Shown: positions 25,328 through 38,200 of the stretch, piece by piece
How the letters are laid out: every line of letters starts with the position of its first letter
Numbering within the stretch: the stretch's first letter is position 1
Assembly: GCF_001194135.2 (NCBI RefSeq)
Contig: NC_068993.1
Coordinates: forward strand, 20,961,593 to 21,025,592
Reading direction: 5' to 3'
DNA from: Octopus bimaculoides
Taxonomy: Eukaryota
DNA: 64,000 nt
Position numbers and translations under genes: made by a program
Notes under the pieces: model-generated
Databases searched by the model: none
Told to the model about the DNA's origin: nothing
The model's input: only the letters and a program-made list of their open reading frames with translations

Positions 25328-26339
25328 TAGAGAGAGAATGAATTAGAAGCTCAATGTACGTGTTTTACTTGTTCGACGGTATGCTGCAGAGTCCGTATGC
25401 GAGTTTATCCTGTCCCAGTAGTTTTCTCCTTAAACAGCTAATTAAGAAAGCTGCTAGTTGAACTCCTGAATGAGGTTTCTGCAGTGGTTTTTGTGTTTGG
25501 TGTAACAGAGGCCATCTATGCAGGTATAGTAAAGGCATATATCTCTAGGAAATCGACTAGAGCTCTCCAGTTCAGTGTGTGGGTTTGTATTCAAGCTGCC
25601 TTGTACCACTCGAGTCTATTAAAGAGTTTTTGCTCATCTGGATTTCAGAGCTCGTGATCAAGCTCGAATAACGTATACTTTGTGTATTGCGTTTAATAAA
25701 CTGCCAAACTGCGTTTTCTCTGCTAGTCTATCGTATGCGATTATTTTTCTATTTGCCTCTTCAAATCGGCTGCTCATTCTCTAGTTTGTTATCTATTGCT
25801 ATAGTTTTCAATCTGACGAATTATCCCCTAATATTCCTCTAGAATTATATCCACCAATCATTTGTCATAACCTGGATCAGTCATTTTCGGTTTATTGTTT
25901 TACTAACCAAGTCCTTGAAAACTCTCTGTACCGAGAAAAAATTTAGCTTCTTTAGTATCGAGAAAGAATTTAGATCCGAGAGAGAGTAAAAGTTTTCAAA
26001 AAATTTTGTGAAATATTAAAATCCAAAGCAGAAACACGATGAAGTCGTACTAAGTCAATGTCTTACTCTGTAAAGCAAAGAAGAATGGTAGAGAAAGGAG
26101 AGAAGAATATATTAGAAAAAAATTGTGGATATATTTTTGAAGAGAATAGCATGGTGAACAATGGCAACCGTTCCTACAACTAAATTCTTCACATGGGATG
26201 CCATGGAGGAATTAGAGGTAGAAACGGTTGTGTGTGTTTGTGTATGTATGAGTTTTATGGACCTATGTATGCCTGTGTATGAGTGTGTAAGTAATAAGAG
26301 GTGTAAGACTTTGTGTGCTAATGTGTGTGAATGTAGTGA

Positions 26340-26373
<34 letters not shown>

Positions 26374-26859
26374 AGTAGTGGATAGTGAATGAGGGACAAT
26401 GAGAGACATTTTGGATATATTCACGATTCGGTAATCTTCCATCTCGCATTATCAAGCTTTACGTCTTTTTCTATCCGACTCTACGACCTCTCGTAACGTT
26501 CCTGGACACCCTCACTATTTCTTCAGACGCAACTGCACCTCTATGACATTCTAATTCACTGTTCTTCAATACTTTGTCACATCCACCTTGGAATATATTT
26601 AACATCTGTCCATTTGTTAAGGTTATCGCTTTCCGATACGGTCTCAGGTAGTTTTCAATGTCATTTACCTGCATCCCCGAAAGCGTATATTTTATCAAGG
26701 TTCGTCTTCGTCTCTGTGGGTCATTATGAATAGGATAAGCCGATCGGACGTTAGTCGATTGTGTTAAGGATCATTTGTTGGGTGTTTAACGAAATGGCAA
26801 TGGGTCACTAAAAACTATGCCCAGACATTTCATTTCTTTAGGTCACTACATCATTTTAC

Positions 26860-27120
26860 TTGTGGTTTCTAACAGCACTTCAATCTAGTGCTTCCCAACT
26901 CCTTCGTGAACAACAGCTAAATTTTCACCTAGGACAAGCCTCGCAACAAGGTATCATTAGTTTTCATCTAATTCCAAGCACAAAGAAATGTCTTCTGATG
27001 CACTACTCACCGGTTCATTTCCAATTATCCACTCCAGGTACACGCATCTTGTTTTTATATATAAATGATTTTGCCTTCCATCTGTTAGGGTTACAATTTA
27101 CTGTGTCAAGATCACATACA
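26860..27120 (+). mobile_element. Highly degenerate CR1/Jockey-like RT fragment
   Basis: PGTRILFLYINDF resembles PxLFLLYINDL. Confidence 0.35.
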
Positions 27121-27619
27121 ACACACAATTACGCTGTATCATGGCTATAAGGCACTTATACACCATTAGGCTATTATGCCAGTGACGCTCACTCGCGAAC
27201 AGTATCTCCACTTCCTCTTTTCTTCTCCATGAATAATATCTACTCTTTTATATTCACTCACACATACTCACACGTGTGGATACACAAACATTTACGCATA
27301 TATTTACATACATCTCACACGCATACGCACACATAACCTCTCATGTATTTAATTACTCATTTTTACAGAGACATACACATGCACCCATACTCACACATAT
27401 TCATACACTACTTAAAATCGAAAAATGCGCCAGGCTGACCAACAGCCTGAGGAAAGCAAACAACTGGGTCAAGGCTCTCGCCAGAGGTTTTGTGGGCGAA
27501 TGATCTAACGGAACAACTCTCAGTCTCTGAGGAGAATAGGACCAAAACCCTAAAGACAATTACAGAGATAGTGGAGAGACGCAAAAACGCAATTACTTAT
27601 GGATTAACTTGTATGAACC

Positions 27620-28196
27620 AAGCACCTGTTTTTCTCTGGCTAGGCAAAGGAAGCTTGGCAAAGGAAGGTCACCGGGAAGATCATGATGATCATGTCTTTC
27701 GACAGCAAGGATATCGTCCACATCCACTGAGTATCTTCTGGCCAGACGGTCAACAAAGAGTACTTTGTGGAGATTTCGGGTGAGTTCAAAAAGAGATTTC
27801 ATCGTAAAAAGCCAGAGCATCTGCACTTGGACAATGCGCCAGTCCACAGTTACATCCTGATAAACAACAACTTGACAGAAATTGGCTTCAAAACAGTCCC
27901 CCCACCCTCCTTACAGTTCAAACTTTGATCCTTGTGACTTTTGGTTGTTTCCCAAAGTGAAGGAAAACTTCAGACTTCAGGGGCATCCGTTTTCAAGATG
28001 AAGGAGGCTGTAACAAGTGTCCTGGACACCTTCACTTTGGATGACTTCCATGGGGCCTTATGCAGTGGCTGGAGCGCTACAAATAATTCATTGAAATCAG
28101 AAGGCCCTACTTTGAAGGAAATTTGAATCTTCTACTTATTTGAAATTAATAAAGATCGCCCCTGAAAAAGTATCAAAACTTCTGGAATACACATTG
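27620..28196 (+). mobile_element. Mariner transposase C-terminal half
   Basis: GQTVNKEYF...LHLDNAPVH...VPHPPYSSNFDPCDFWLFPKVK. Confidence 0.85.
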
Positions 28197-28251
28197 TATG
28201 TCTATATTTTACATTTCTTTAGTGACAGAGGCTGTATTAATACCGTGAGAT

Positions 28252-28934
28252 AATATTTATCTCCACTTAAATGTGGTTGTTCTGTTAGAAAAATAAATCT
28301 ATACTGCGATAGTTACCACGAGAGAAACTCACATATTGGTTTTTGGTTCAAAATGCACTCTTGTTTATATCGCTAGCAGGTAGATGATTCCCCGTTACCC
28401 TCAGCGCTGAGACCAATCAGATCACGGGATTTCGAACTTCCTTGGTCTTGTCAATGATGGACGTTCGACCACTAGAGATAGCAGCGATTCATCTTCGCCA
28501 GCGATATATAGATTTACAGTGCCAGAAAAGGCGATGGAATGACGATGGCCCATATGAGTTTGTTCTACCAAAACAACCACGTTTAAGTGGGGATAAATAT
28601 CACCTCCCGGTATTAATATCACCTCTGTCACAAATAATTGTTTTTGATAAGCTCGCGGGCTAATTGCGACACCAGTGCCTGTCCTGGCGCTGTTTTTCTA
28701 TATATCGCTGGCGGGAAGATGAGTCGCTGCAATCTCTAGCAGTCGAACGTCCAACATTGATATGACCGGGAAAGGTCGAAATCACGTGATCTAGTAGTCT
28801 CGGCGCTGGGGATAGTAGTGATAGAAGCAAGAGTGCATTTGCACCAAAAGGCAGTAAGTGAGTTTCACTTGTGGCAACTACAGCAGTATAGTTTGGTCTA
28901 ACAGAACAACTATCTTTAAGTGGGGATAAATATT
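28252..28934. mobile_element. Foldback/MITE with ~280-bp imperfect TIRs
   Basis: aatatttatc(c/t)ccacttaaa at both ends and continuous inverted homology inward to ~28530/28690. Confidence 0.8.
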
Positions 28935-29128
28935 GCCTCCAAGCAGGAGAAGAAACACACCATTGTCATATGTAGAAAATCAGAACATAAGCAGTCTGTA
29001 ATACATATATACCTACATACATACATGCATATACACGCGTATGTATGTATGTATGTATGTATGTATGTATGTATGTATGTATGTATGTATGTATGTATGC
29101 ATGTATGTATGTATGTATGTATTATGTA

Positions 29129-29165
<37 letters not shown>

Positions 29166-29189
29166 ATGTATGTATGTATGTATTAACTT

Positions 29190-32117
29190 TCAAAGCCAAA
29201 TAACTTTGATCTGCCAAACTAAACAAAATACCACCAGACACGGTATTAAAAGCTATTATGCAGAACATAAACGACGTTCAAAAAGTAAGCAGAACCGAAA
29301 AAACGAAGAAAGTGCCATCATGGGTTTTGAAGACAGTGGAAAAGATAACTAATTTACGGAAGACCATCAGCCATGTGATGATGCTTATTGCGTACAAACA
29401 AACAAATTACTATACGTCTCACCAGCAAAAGTGAAGGAGTTAGAAGTGATGTTTGGGGACAATAAAAAGAGGACTCTCACTTGCAAACCCTCAAGCAGGA
29501 GCTTAAAAGCTGTCAGTGAGAAACTCTGACATCAGAAGAGAATAACGGAGAGAAAAACAATAAACAAAATATTCAACCGGATCCAGGTAACAATGTACAG
29601 AGACACGAGAGAAGACGCATTGAATATCATAGAAGTTCTTTCACGAGAAGACATAGACTCCTTTTGGAGGGAAATTTGGAACGAAGAGATGGAGTTTAAC
29701 CAAGATGTTCTGTGGATGCAAGAAATTCGAAGAAGTTATTGTCTCTACATTACACCAAAGACATACAACATTGATGGTGATACCCCAATGAACGTAATCC
29801 AGAAACTTCAGTATGGAAAAGCACCTGGAAGAGACTTGATTGTTGGATATAGTTACACAAGAAGCTAACCTTCTACCGACCATATCTTATTAACCTGTAC
29901 CAGCAAGCTCTCAATGGGAATAGCTGCATACCAGAATGGGTAACTCTGGCAGAGACAAAACTGATCCTCAAATGCAGAACTACCCACATGGCGAAAAACT
30001 ACCAGCCAATTGCATGTCAGAACTTAATGTATAAAATATATACAGCACGTTTAAATCTCTTCCTTCAAAACCATTGTGAAAGTGATAACACCATCACTGC
30101 AGAAGAAGCTTCTGGGCAGAAGGGAGTCTGGGGATATGCCGAGCAATTGTTAAGAAACAAAACTGTAACGTCAGAGGTGCGGGAACATAGAAGGAATTTG
30201 GTCTCAATATAGCTGGACTACAAGAAAGCCTTTGAATCTGCCCCCACTCATGGATGCAAGAAGCCCTTCGACTTGCTAAAGTTCCAGTGAGTATAGTCAA
30301 AGCCTGACTTCATCGTGGGCCACCATCTTGACATTAAACACAAATAGTGATTGTATTGTCACTGATAGAATACAATATCGCAGGGGCATATTCCAAGGAG
30401 ACAGCCTCTCTGTGATGTTTATATTTTCTGTAAACCCCTTGCTATTCATGTTAAGAAAGTCTGAAGGATATCTCACTGGTTAACAAGGAAGTAGAAATAC
30501 CAAAATTACACACTGTTTCTTTATGGATGACTTAAAACTATATGCCAAGAACATGCATGAAATGGAAAAGAATCTTGACCTCGTTACAACATTCTCAAAG
30601 GATATAAGGTTGGAGTTTGGTCAAGATAAATGTTGCTATATGGTTGTGAAAAGGGAAAACTGTAAATCAGACTAGCAACATCTCCGTCAATGACTTAACT
30701 TTTTCCCCTACATCTGATGAGGAATGCTACAGGTATCTTGGGGTGAATGAAAGCATATCTTACAATGGCACCTGTAACAAAATACGTGTCACTAAAGAAT
30801 ATTACGTCCCAATAAAGAAGACTTGGACCTCAGAACTCTATGAATTCAATAAAACAGTGGTCCACAATATGTTTGCAGTGCCAGTACTTATACCAGCATT
30901 TGGACTGTTTGATTTGGCGCCTGATGAGATCCGAGCCATTGATGTGAAAACCCGGAAGATACTAACTAGCACATATAATTTCCACATCACAAGTGATGTA
31001 GACCGCCACTACCTAAAACGAAAACAAAGGGGCAAAGGCTTAACATAGAACGGGACTACCTTTGAATGTCATATCATATCCCTCCGAAAACACCTTTTAA
31101 CCACCAAGTGATGAAGCGCATCCCTTGTCCAAGATTGCATACATGAGACTGATAACAACATACGAATTGGAAAGCAGCTCCTTGTCTGATAACCTTAAAT
31201 ACATACCCAAAGAAGTCACACGACTCTACCGCAATGTATCATCAGATGAAAGGATAAGCCTATATGAGCAGAAGACTATGCATGGATATGTTAGTAGAAA
31301 ACTCCGAGATGATAGTAACGTTGATCATCAAAGCAGTCTATCATGGACCAAGAACTGGATCACTGACTCACAATTTGAAGGGTATGCGTTTGAAATCCAG
31401 GAACAGGGAATATCAAGCACATACCTGATGCACAAAAGGGACAGAAACGCAGAAAAAGCTGCACATGTGATAACTGACACAGACGTTTTGAAGTTAACAC
31501 TGAAGGTATCACTCATCATAAGCAGTTGCCCAAAAATATCATCACGGTGTTATCTACCTATGAGACATGATGCTGTAACTAGAACACTGTATAATGAGAT
31601 CCGTCGGAAGGATAACTCCAAGGCCAAAGAAATAAGAACTCACAGTATTGTAGAAACCGTAGCCACTCTAAGGATTGTCCCAGTGGAAACCTCGATAAAA
31701 TATAAACATAATCGACTTGGTATAATGATTCGGGATAGAGAAGAGAAACTGTGTTCAGCTTTGGAAATCAGCTGCCCAGTATTTGTTAACATAAAGCTAA
31801 AGGTCAGGGAAAAAGAAAATGCCTACGCTGAACTACGGAGAAATCTACAGTTACTCTATCCATATTAAAAGTTCAGGTAACTATTGGGGCACTGAGATAT
31901 GTAACCCATTGCCTAAGTACCAATCTTGAGAAATTGGGCTTTTCAAAATCAGAAAGAAGAAAGCTGATTCGAAGACTACAGATCCAGGCCAGCACTGGAA
32001 CTAAAAATCTGTAAAACTTTCCAGACGTTTATCATTTAAGTATATACAAGCATGTCTAGACATGCAACTATATGCATGAGAATACATACACAAAACAAAA
32101 CATACAAATCTGCACAC

Positions 32118-32120
<3 letters not shown>
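29190..32120 (+). mobile_element. R4/Dong-like LINE, copy X (same lineage as Y), 5'-truncated with frameshifts
   Basis: KAPGRD, NYQPIAC, WLDYKKAF, RGIFQGDSLS, FMDDLKLY, YRYLG, SSCPK..MRHDAV, KHNR..EISCP..KEN motifs in order; ends in (CTAT)n. Confidence 0.9.
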
Positions 32121-32177
<57 letters not shown>

Positions 32178-32178
32178 G

Positions 32179-32228
<50 letters not shown>

Positions 32229-32439
32229 AGTAAGGTTCAGCTGAATTAGGTACTTACATTGAGGCATTTCGAATGTCCTTTATTTTGAAGTTCATGAATT
32301 CATCTGACGAAAACTGTTTCTTTACAATGATCAATGTTACTATCATCTCGGAGCTTTTTACTAACATATCCCTGCATAGTCTTCTCCTCATATAGCTCAT
32401 CCTTTCATCTGATGTTATCACTTTCTCTCCATATAAATG

Positions 32440-32921
32440 TAAAGTCATAAATGACAGAGGAATAGTTCATTGAAATTTTGTTCAACAATTAGAAAGTTCA
32501 AATATCACGACAAATTGTTTTGTAACTTAAAAACATGTAAATAATTTATATTATATTTAATAATAAGTATATTACTTACATGTCTGCATTAATGCAAAAT
32601 GCAAAAATTTTTTCAAAATAATGCAGAATTTAAGCTACGTCCTCAGGTAAAAGAAATTTGAATTTAGCAAAGAATTTCTTTCACCCAAGGACGTAGCTTA
32701 AATTCGGCATTATTTTGAAAGATTTTTTGCATTTTGCAAAAAATGCAGACATGTAAATAATTTATTTAATGCAGACATGTAAATAATTTATTTATTATTA
32801 AATATAAGAATACAAATTATTTACATATTTTTATGTCACGAAAAATTTTGTCGTGATATTAGAATCTTCTTATTGTTAAATAAAATTTCATCAAACCATT
32901 TCTCTGTCATTTATGACTTTA
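32440..32921. mobile_element. Palindromic MITE (~480-bp hairpin)
   Basis: taaagtcataaatgacagag...ctctgtcatttatgacttta; arms pair almost to the centre near 32670. Confidence 0.85.
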
Positions 32922-33030
32922 TACAACTTATCCCTTTATCTTGTGTCGTACTGTATATTCTATATGCTTTGTCGAATGATACATTAAGGAGCTTCCTTTT
33001 ATGAGAACTACCGGATTACTGGAATCCATA

Positions 33031-33472
33031 TTTCTTTTATCTGTTACTTGTTCCAGTCATTAAACTGCGGTCAAGGAACACTGCATTGAAGAATTTTTAG
33101 CCGAATTAACTGATTCCGGGACTTATTTTCTTAGAACCTGGTACTTGTTTTATTAGTTCTTTTGTCAAACCGTTAAGTTACGGGAACATAAACACACCAA
33201 CACCGGTTGTCAAGTGGTGATGGAAGTGCGTGTGTGTGTGTGTGTGTGTGTGTATACACACACACACACTCACACACACACACTCACACACACACACTCA
33301 CACACACACACTCACACACACACACTCACACACACACACTCACACACACACACTCACNNNNNNNNNNNNNNNNNNNNNNNNNNNNNNNNNNNNNNNNNNN
33401 NNNNNNNNNNNNNNNNNNNNNNNNNNNNNNNNNNNNNNNNNNNNNNNNNNNNNNNNNNNNNNNNNNNNNNAC

Positions 33473-33525
<53 letters not shown>

Positions 33526-33688
33526 ACGGGCTTCTTTCAGGTTTCTATCTACGAAATCCACTCACAAGATTTTGGTTGGCTCAAGGCTATAGTGGAAGAC
33601 ATCTGACCAAGCTTCCACGCTATGGGACCGAATCTGGAACCATGTGATTCAGAAGCAAACTTTTTACCACACTGCCACGTCTACGACT
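33031..33688 (-). mobile_element. SINE family A with expanded CA/CT microsatellite and gap
   Basis: Head, body and tail similarity to other copies. Confidence 0.8.
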
Positions 33689-34059
33689 ATTATATATGTG
33701 TGTGTTTATATATATATATATATCAAAAGGATGTGTTATAATACTATTCAACAGCCATACCAACAATCCAATAATACTATTCCACACATGCAAAAACAGC
33801 CATACCAACAATCCAACATACTTCCATCATCAGCTTCCCCACGGATAACATTATGGTTTCGACACCTGGGCAGTACTATTCAATCTGGTGATGTCAATAG
33901 CACAAAAATAAGTGTTATGTGGGAAAAAACAAACAAAATAAACCAAAACTTTCAAACACATTTACCCTATGTACAACCGTATCGGTAAATATTTTCAACA
34001 AGTAAATTACAACCAACTAAATAAGTAAGTAAACTGCGACAAATTTATTAAGTCAAGGG

Positions 34060-34230
34060 AAAAATTTAGTCGTCTCTAATTGTCACTGTGGGTGCTGAAT
34101 AACACCTATATTCCAAGAAATAAGAGTTAAAAACCTTTAATGCAGCGTTAAGGCTTTTAACTCTTATTGCAATATAGGTACTATTCAGCACCCTCGGTCC
34201 CAATTAGCGATGATTAGATGTTTCCTTTAT
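34060..34230. repeat. Short palindrome / MITE core
   Basis: gggtgctgaata...aagagttaaaaacctt / aaggcttttaactcttatt...tattcagcaccc centred near 34143. Confidence 0.7.
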
Positions 34231-35007
34231 CGTCTAGCTATTTACATTAATTTTAGTATATACTAGACCAGTTAGGTCACCAATAGTTCAAGCTACCCCA
34301 AAAAACAGCGTATCTCGGGAATTCGTGATCTGATTTATGCGAAACTTCTTTTATCTCGTTTGTATTCATATGAGCATCCTATTTATGATGTCTTCTGCTT
34401 TTGTTTCGGTAAATATTTCGTGAAGGACACTTTCGTAACTCGGTGTAAAATAATTTTTTCCACAGGTTTTTTCGAGGGAATTCAACGTATCTCACCTCGA
34501 AACCCACCGCAAGCCACTTTTTTCCGGAAAAGAAAGGAGTAGAGGAGGTGGGAACCACGGAGTTTCCTGGGAATCTTCCTGGGAAGTTTCCTGGGAATCT
34601 TCCAAACTAAAGTCCCCTTATCGAAATTTATGGAATCATCGTTTGCACTTACGAATATTCAAAGTCCCTTCAACATATACTTCTTGCACATTTCTTGCGG
34701 TATTTGTTGCACTGTTGCCTTTTTTATGCACATAAAGCATGAAGTGTCTAATGTGCACTTCTGTGACCTCCATTTTCATGAAGGGATATCAAAGCAACAA
34801 ATTATTATTTGTCTGTCTGTAAGCTAGAATTTATCTAACTGAAGCTTTCCTTGCTCTGTGATATTTATGCACCCGTATAAACATCTTGTTTAAACGTGTT
34901 AGAGCATGTTTCAACAAGTACGGTCTTAAAAACGACATTACATGATTTATATATATACATATGTGCCACATTCTAAATGAAGTACAAATATTCTTTTCAT
35001 TTTATAG

Positions 35008-35171
35008 GTAGAAAACTAATTCAACGTGCATTGGGTAAGAGAAATGCTGCAAGCGATAATCAGGGACTCCATTTTGTAATTGGTCCAATTAGCCTGTGCG
35101 ACAAAAAATTGAAAAACTCTGATGTGAAACTTCCAAAATCAGCCCAAAAAACCAATAGTTTCCGTGGTTAA
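35008..35171 (+). CDS. Gene B coding exon 2: end of propeptide, GKR site and mature peptide
   Basis: Acceptor ttcttttcattttatAG (35006-35007); phase 1 gives (S)RKLIQRALGKR-NAASDNQGLHFVIGPISLCDKKLKNSDVKLPKSAQKTNSFRG*; homologous to 1590-1768. Confidence 0.85.
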
Positions 35172-35419
35172 TTCTAAACGGCTGTTGGTACGGTTTTCAA
35201 TAACTGCATTCATTATTGAAGGTAGTTGTTATATATCACAGTATATTGTGCACTTTTTATAAGACAGGAAAGATACATCACTGTCGTAGCCAGAAAGTTA
35301 CAACGCAAACATTCTTCACCGGTAAAATTTTTCTGCAAGTTCCATCATTGCAACTTATGTATATTCGAATACTTATGTATTGTATATCATCATCCTTTCT
35401 GCATATATANNNNNNNNNN

Positions 35420-35453
<34 letters not shown>

Positions 35454-35748
35454 GTCTGCATATTCACGTTGGTGATTATGTACAAACCTTTATATGAATG
35501 CATATCACAGGCACACGAACATACTCACACAAAGTGACGCAGTCCCAGATAAAGTATGTTTGATGAAATAGTAAAATGGAGGATGAAAAAAGATCATTTG
35601 TAGAATTTCAACCTTTACATATGCAAGTAATATATACCTTTCATAAGAAATCCCATTTATTCGATTTAATATACACGATCTAATTAAAGAATATTTTCTG
35701 GATGGAGTTTATTGTTTGATCTCAATGTTAATTTACTGCCTTAGCTAT

Positions 35749-36058
35749 TGTTGTATAGTGAAACTGTTTAACCCTCCCGGTAAAAAGTGGCAGGAGTAAG
35801 CCATTATAAATACACAAGCAGCCGGTCGTCAAGAGAGGGTCAAGATTCGAAGAGCTGAGCGTCGACAGTTCTAGTCAGTCTCTTGTGGAGCTATCAGCGA
35901 TAGTAAGCCATGAAGAAGTTAGTGTATTACTATTCCGGTACGAAGAGACACAACGGTATACGATGACTAGTAACTATTGTGGATACTAGCGTAAAACAGC
36001 AACTACAGTACAACGGAAGTCACACATTACACCAGCAGGAGGAACCCACTTTAAAACA
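35749..36058 (+). mobile_element. Solo LTR (Gypsy or BEL/Pao)
   Basis: TGTTGTA...TAAAACA termini, 5-bp TSD GCTAT (35744-35748, 36059-36063), internal TATAAATA. Confidence 0.75.
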
Positions 36059-36429
36059 GCTATATCTTGAAGATTTTTTAAAAAGATAGTTGTCATTGTT
36101 CACTGTCAAAGGAACGTATAGCTTACATTATTTTGTTAAGGTTATTTCTACAGATATTCCATAGAAATTATAGCCAGCACTCATTTTGGCTACAACGTTT
36201 CGTATCGTGACGTAAGATGTAAACAAACAATAAGATCGAAGACATATTTCGGGGTCTTTTGTCCATTCATCAGCACCCATGTAACCCATTCTCGCTTCCG
36301 AACACATTGTTTATACAGCCCCAGCTTAGAACGGTGTTAAGTTATTGAATATACCAATTTACATATTAAACGCATTCCCGTTGTGATTTACCGGTTGCTG
36401 CAGATATGTATAAAATTTAGAAGTAAACA

Positions 36430-37260
36430 AATAAATCCAGAAGACTACTCAAATTTTGAAGAATATGCACAAAAAGTAATCAATAAATGAGCTGTGAAAG
36501 CAAACGGTCTGCAATCCGTAATAATAATCCGTTCTACTAAAGGCCCAAACCTTGAAATTTTGCAGGATGGAACTAGTGGATTACATCGAAACCAGTGTTT
36601 CATTAGCACCACGAAAGGTTGAAACGGCAGAATTTGAACTCTCAACGTGTATATTTCGTCTATAGTCTGATGAATATTTCTGAAGTTCTGTAATTGGTTG
36701 TTTCTGTGTTTCTGTGATTTCATGTTGTTGTTGATGCTGCTGCTGTTTTTGAAGTTGTTGCTATTGTTCTTGTTGTTTTTGTTGGAGTGGTTGTGAATTG
36801 AGTTGCAGTTGTGTTTTCAGAATATGTTTTTGTTGATTTCTTGGAATAGGGCTATGTACTCTCCCCCACTTTCGCCTACCCCCTTTTGTCACCGTGATCC
36901 ATTGATCGTTCAGCTCTTCTTTGTCCATGTCATTCTAAGTTGATATTGGTTTGGAAGGAAGAGCATTCAGAAGAAGCTTGCTTTATCGTGGCAACTGGAG
37001 GTAGACTCCTTCTTTGTCTTGGTTTGGGAGTGGGTGTGGGAGTAGGTGTAGGGTTCTTGAGCACTTGTTTATAATTTTGCACTTGTGGTGTTTGTAATTT
37101 CTTTTTACTTGTTTTAGTCACGCTGGAGCACCACCTTTTAGTCGAGCAAATCGACCCCAGGACTTATTCTTTGTAAGCCTAGTACTTATTCTATCGGTCT
37201 CTTTTTGCCGAACCGCTAAGTTACGGGGATATAAACACGCCAGCAACGATGGTGGGGGGA

Positions 37261-37314
<54 letters not shown>

Positions 37315-38200
37315 CATATATACGACGGGCTTCTTTCAGTTTCCGTCTACCTAATCCACTCACAAGGCTTTGGTCGGCCCGAGGCTATATTGGAAGACAC
37401 TTGCCCAAGGTGCCACGCAGTGGGACTGAACCCGGAACCATGTGGTTCGTAAGCAAGCTACTTACCATACAGTCACTCCTACGCCTGGCAGCAGCGGGAG
37501 TTTATTTTTTTCTTGTTTCAGGGCAGAAAGCCTTTAAGTGAGTTACTGATCCACATATGTGGCATCCTGGCTTTCTACCCTCCACTAAAACCGACAGGTG
37601 AGAACCATTTGGAAGATCGAATAGATTGGGCAGCTGGTTCGATATGGTCCTGCTGATATTGTAAAGTCGGTTCCATACCTATACCAGACCAGTTTTGTTT
37701 AAGTATTTTCTTGACATCCAATACTGTCACTTCGTCTTCTTCTAGACCTTCCAGGACGGCCGCCACTAGCCAGGTGATGGATATTTCTGGTGGCACATTC
37801 AACACCCTAATCTTGGCAAGACGTTGGCCGCGATAGCTGGGGATTAGGAAGAAGTTGTCATTCCTCAAAGTGGTCACGGAATGACACCTGGCTTCTTCTT
37901 CGTCCCAAATCTCACCTCAGTAGTTCCAAACTTCTTTCCCACACGCTTCCGAAGCATTTTTGTATTTTGCTCTCAGGAGCATTTTTCACCTGCCGTGCAT
38001 CTTAAGATCTTCTCTATCACGTCGGATGGAGGGTTTAAAGTTACCTTTCTACCATTCCTTTTTACAATTTACCTTGCCATTTTAAAATCTTCTTGTATGC
38101 GGAATTTCTCCTTTTTTTACGCCGCAAACCCAAAAGACGTGGAGGCAATATTCGCGTTTTAATGCTTCATTTCTTTCGTATTGTTGTTGTTGCTGTTGTT
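36430..38200 (-). mobile_element. Degenerate LINE ORF1-like remnant (L1/Tx1-like), interrupted by SINE A
   Basis: FLIPSYRGQRLAKIRVLNVPPEISITWLVAAVL plus long low-complexity K/T/P/N-rich stretches; class assignment tentative. Confidence 0.4.
37099..37486 (-). mobile_element. SINE family A, well preserved
   Basis: Head AGGCGTAGGAGTGACTGTATGGTAAGTAGC...GGTTCAGTCCC, TG tract, RTE-like tail. Confidence 0.9.

Noticed and set aside
26075-26172. Candidate extra exon of gene B after tcttactctgtaaag
   Set aside because: No counterpart in gene A, weak acceptor, and phase-1 reading stops after 21 codons.
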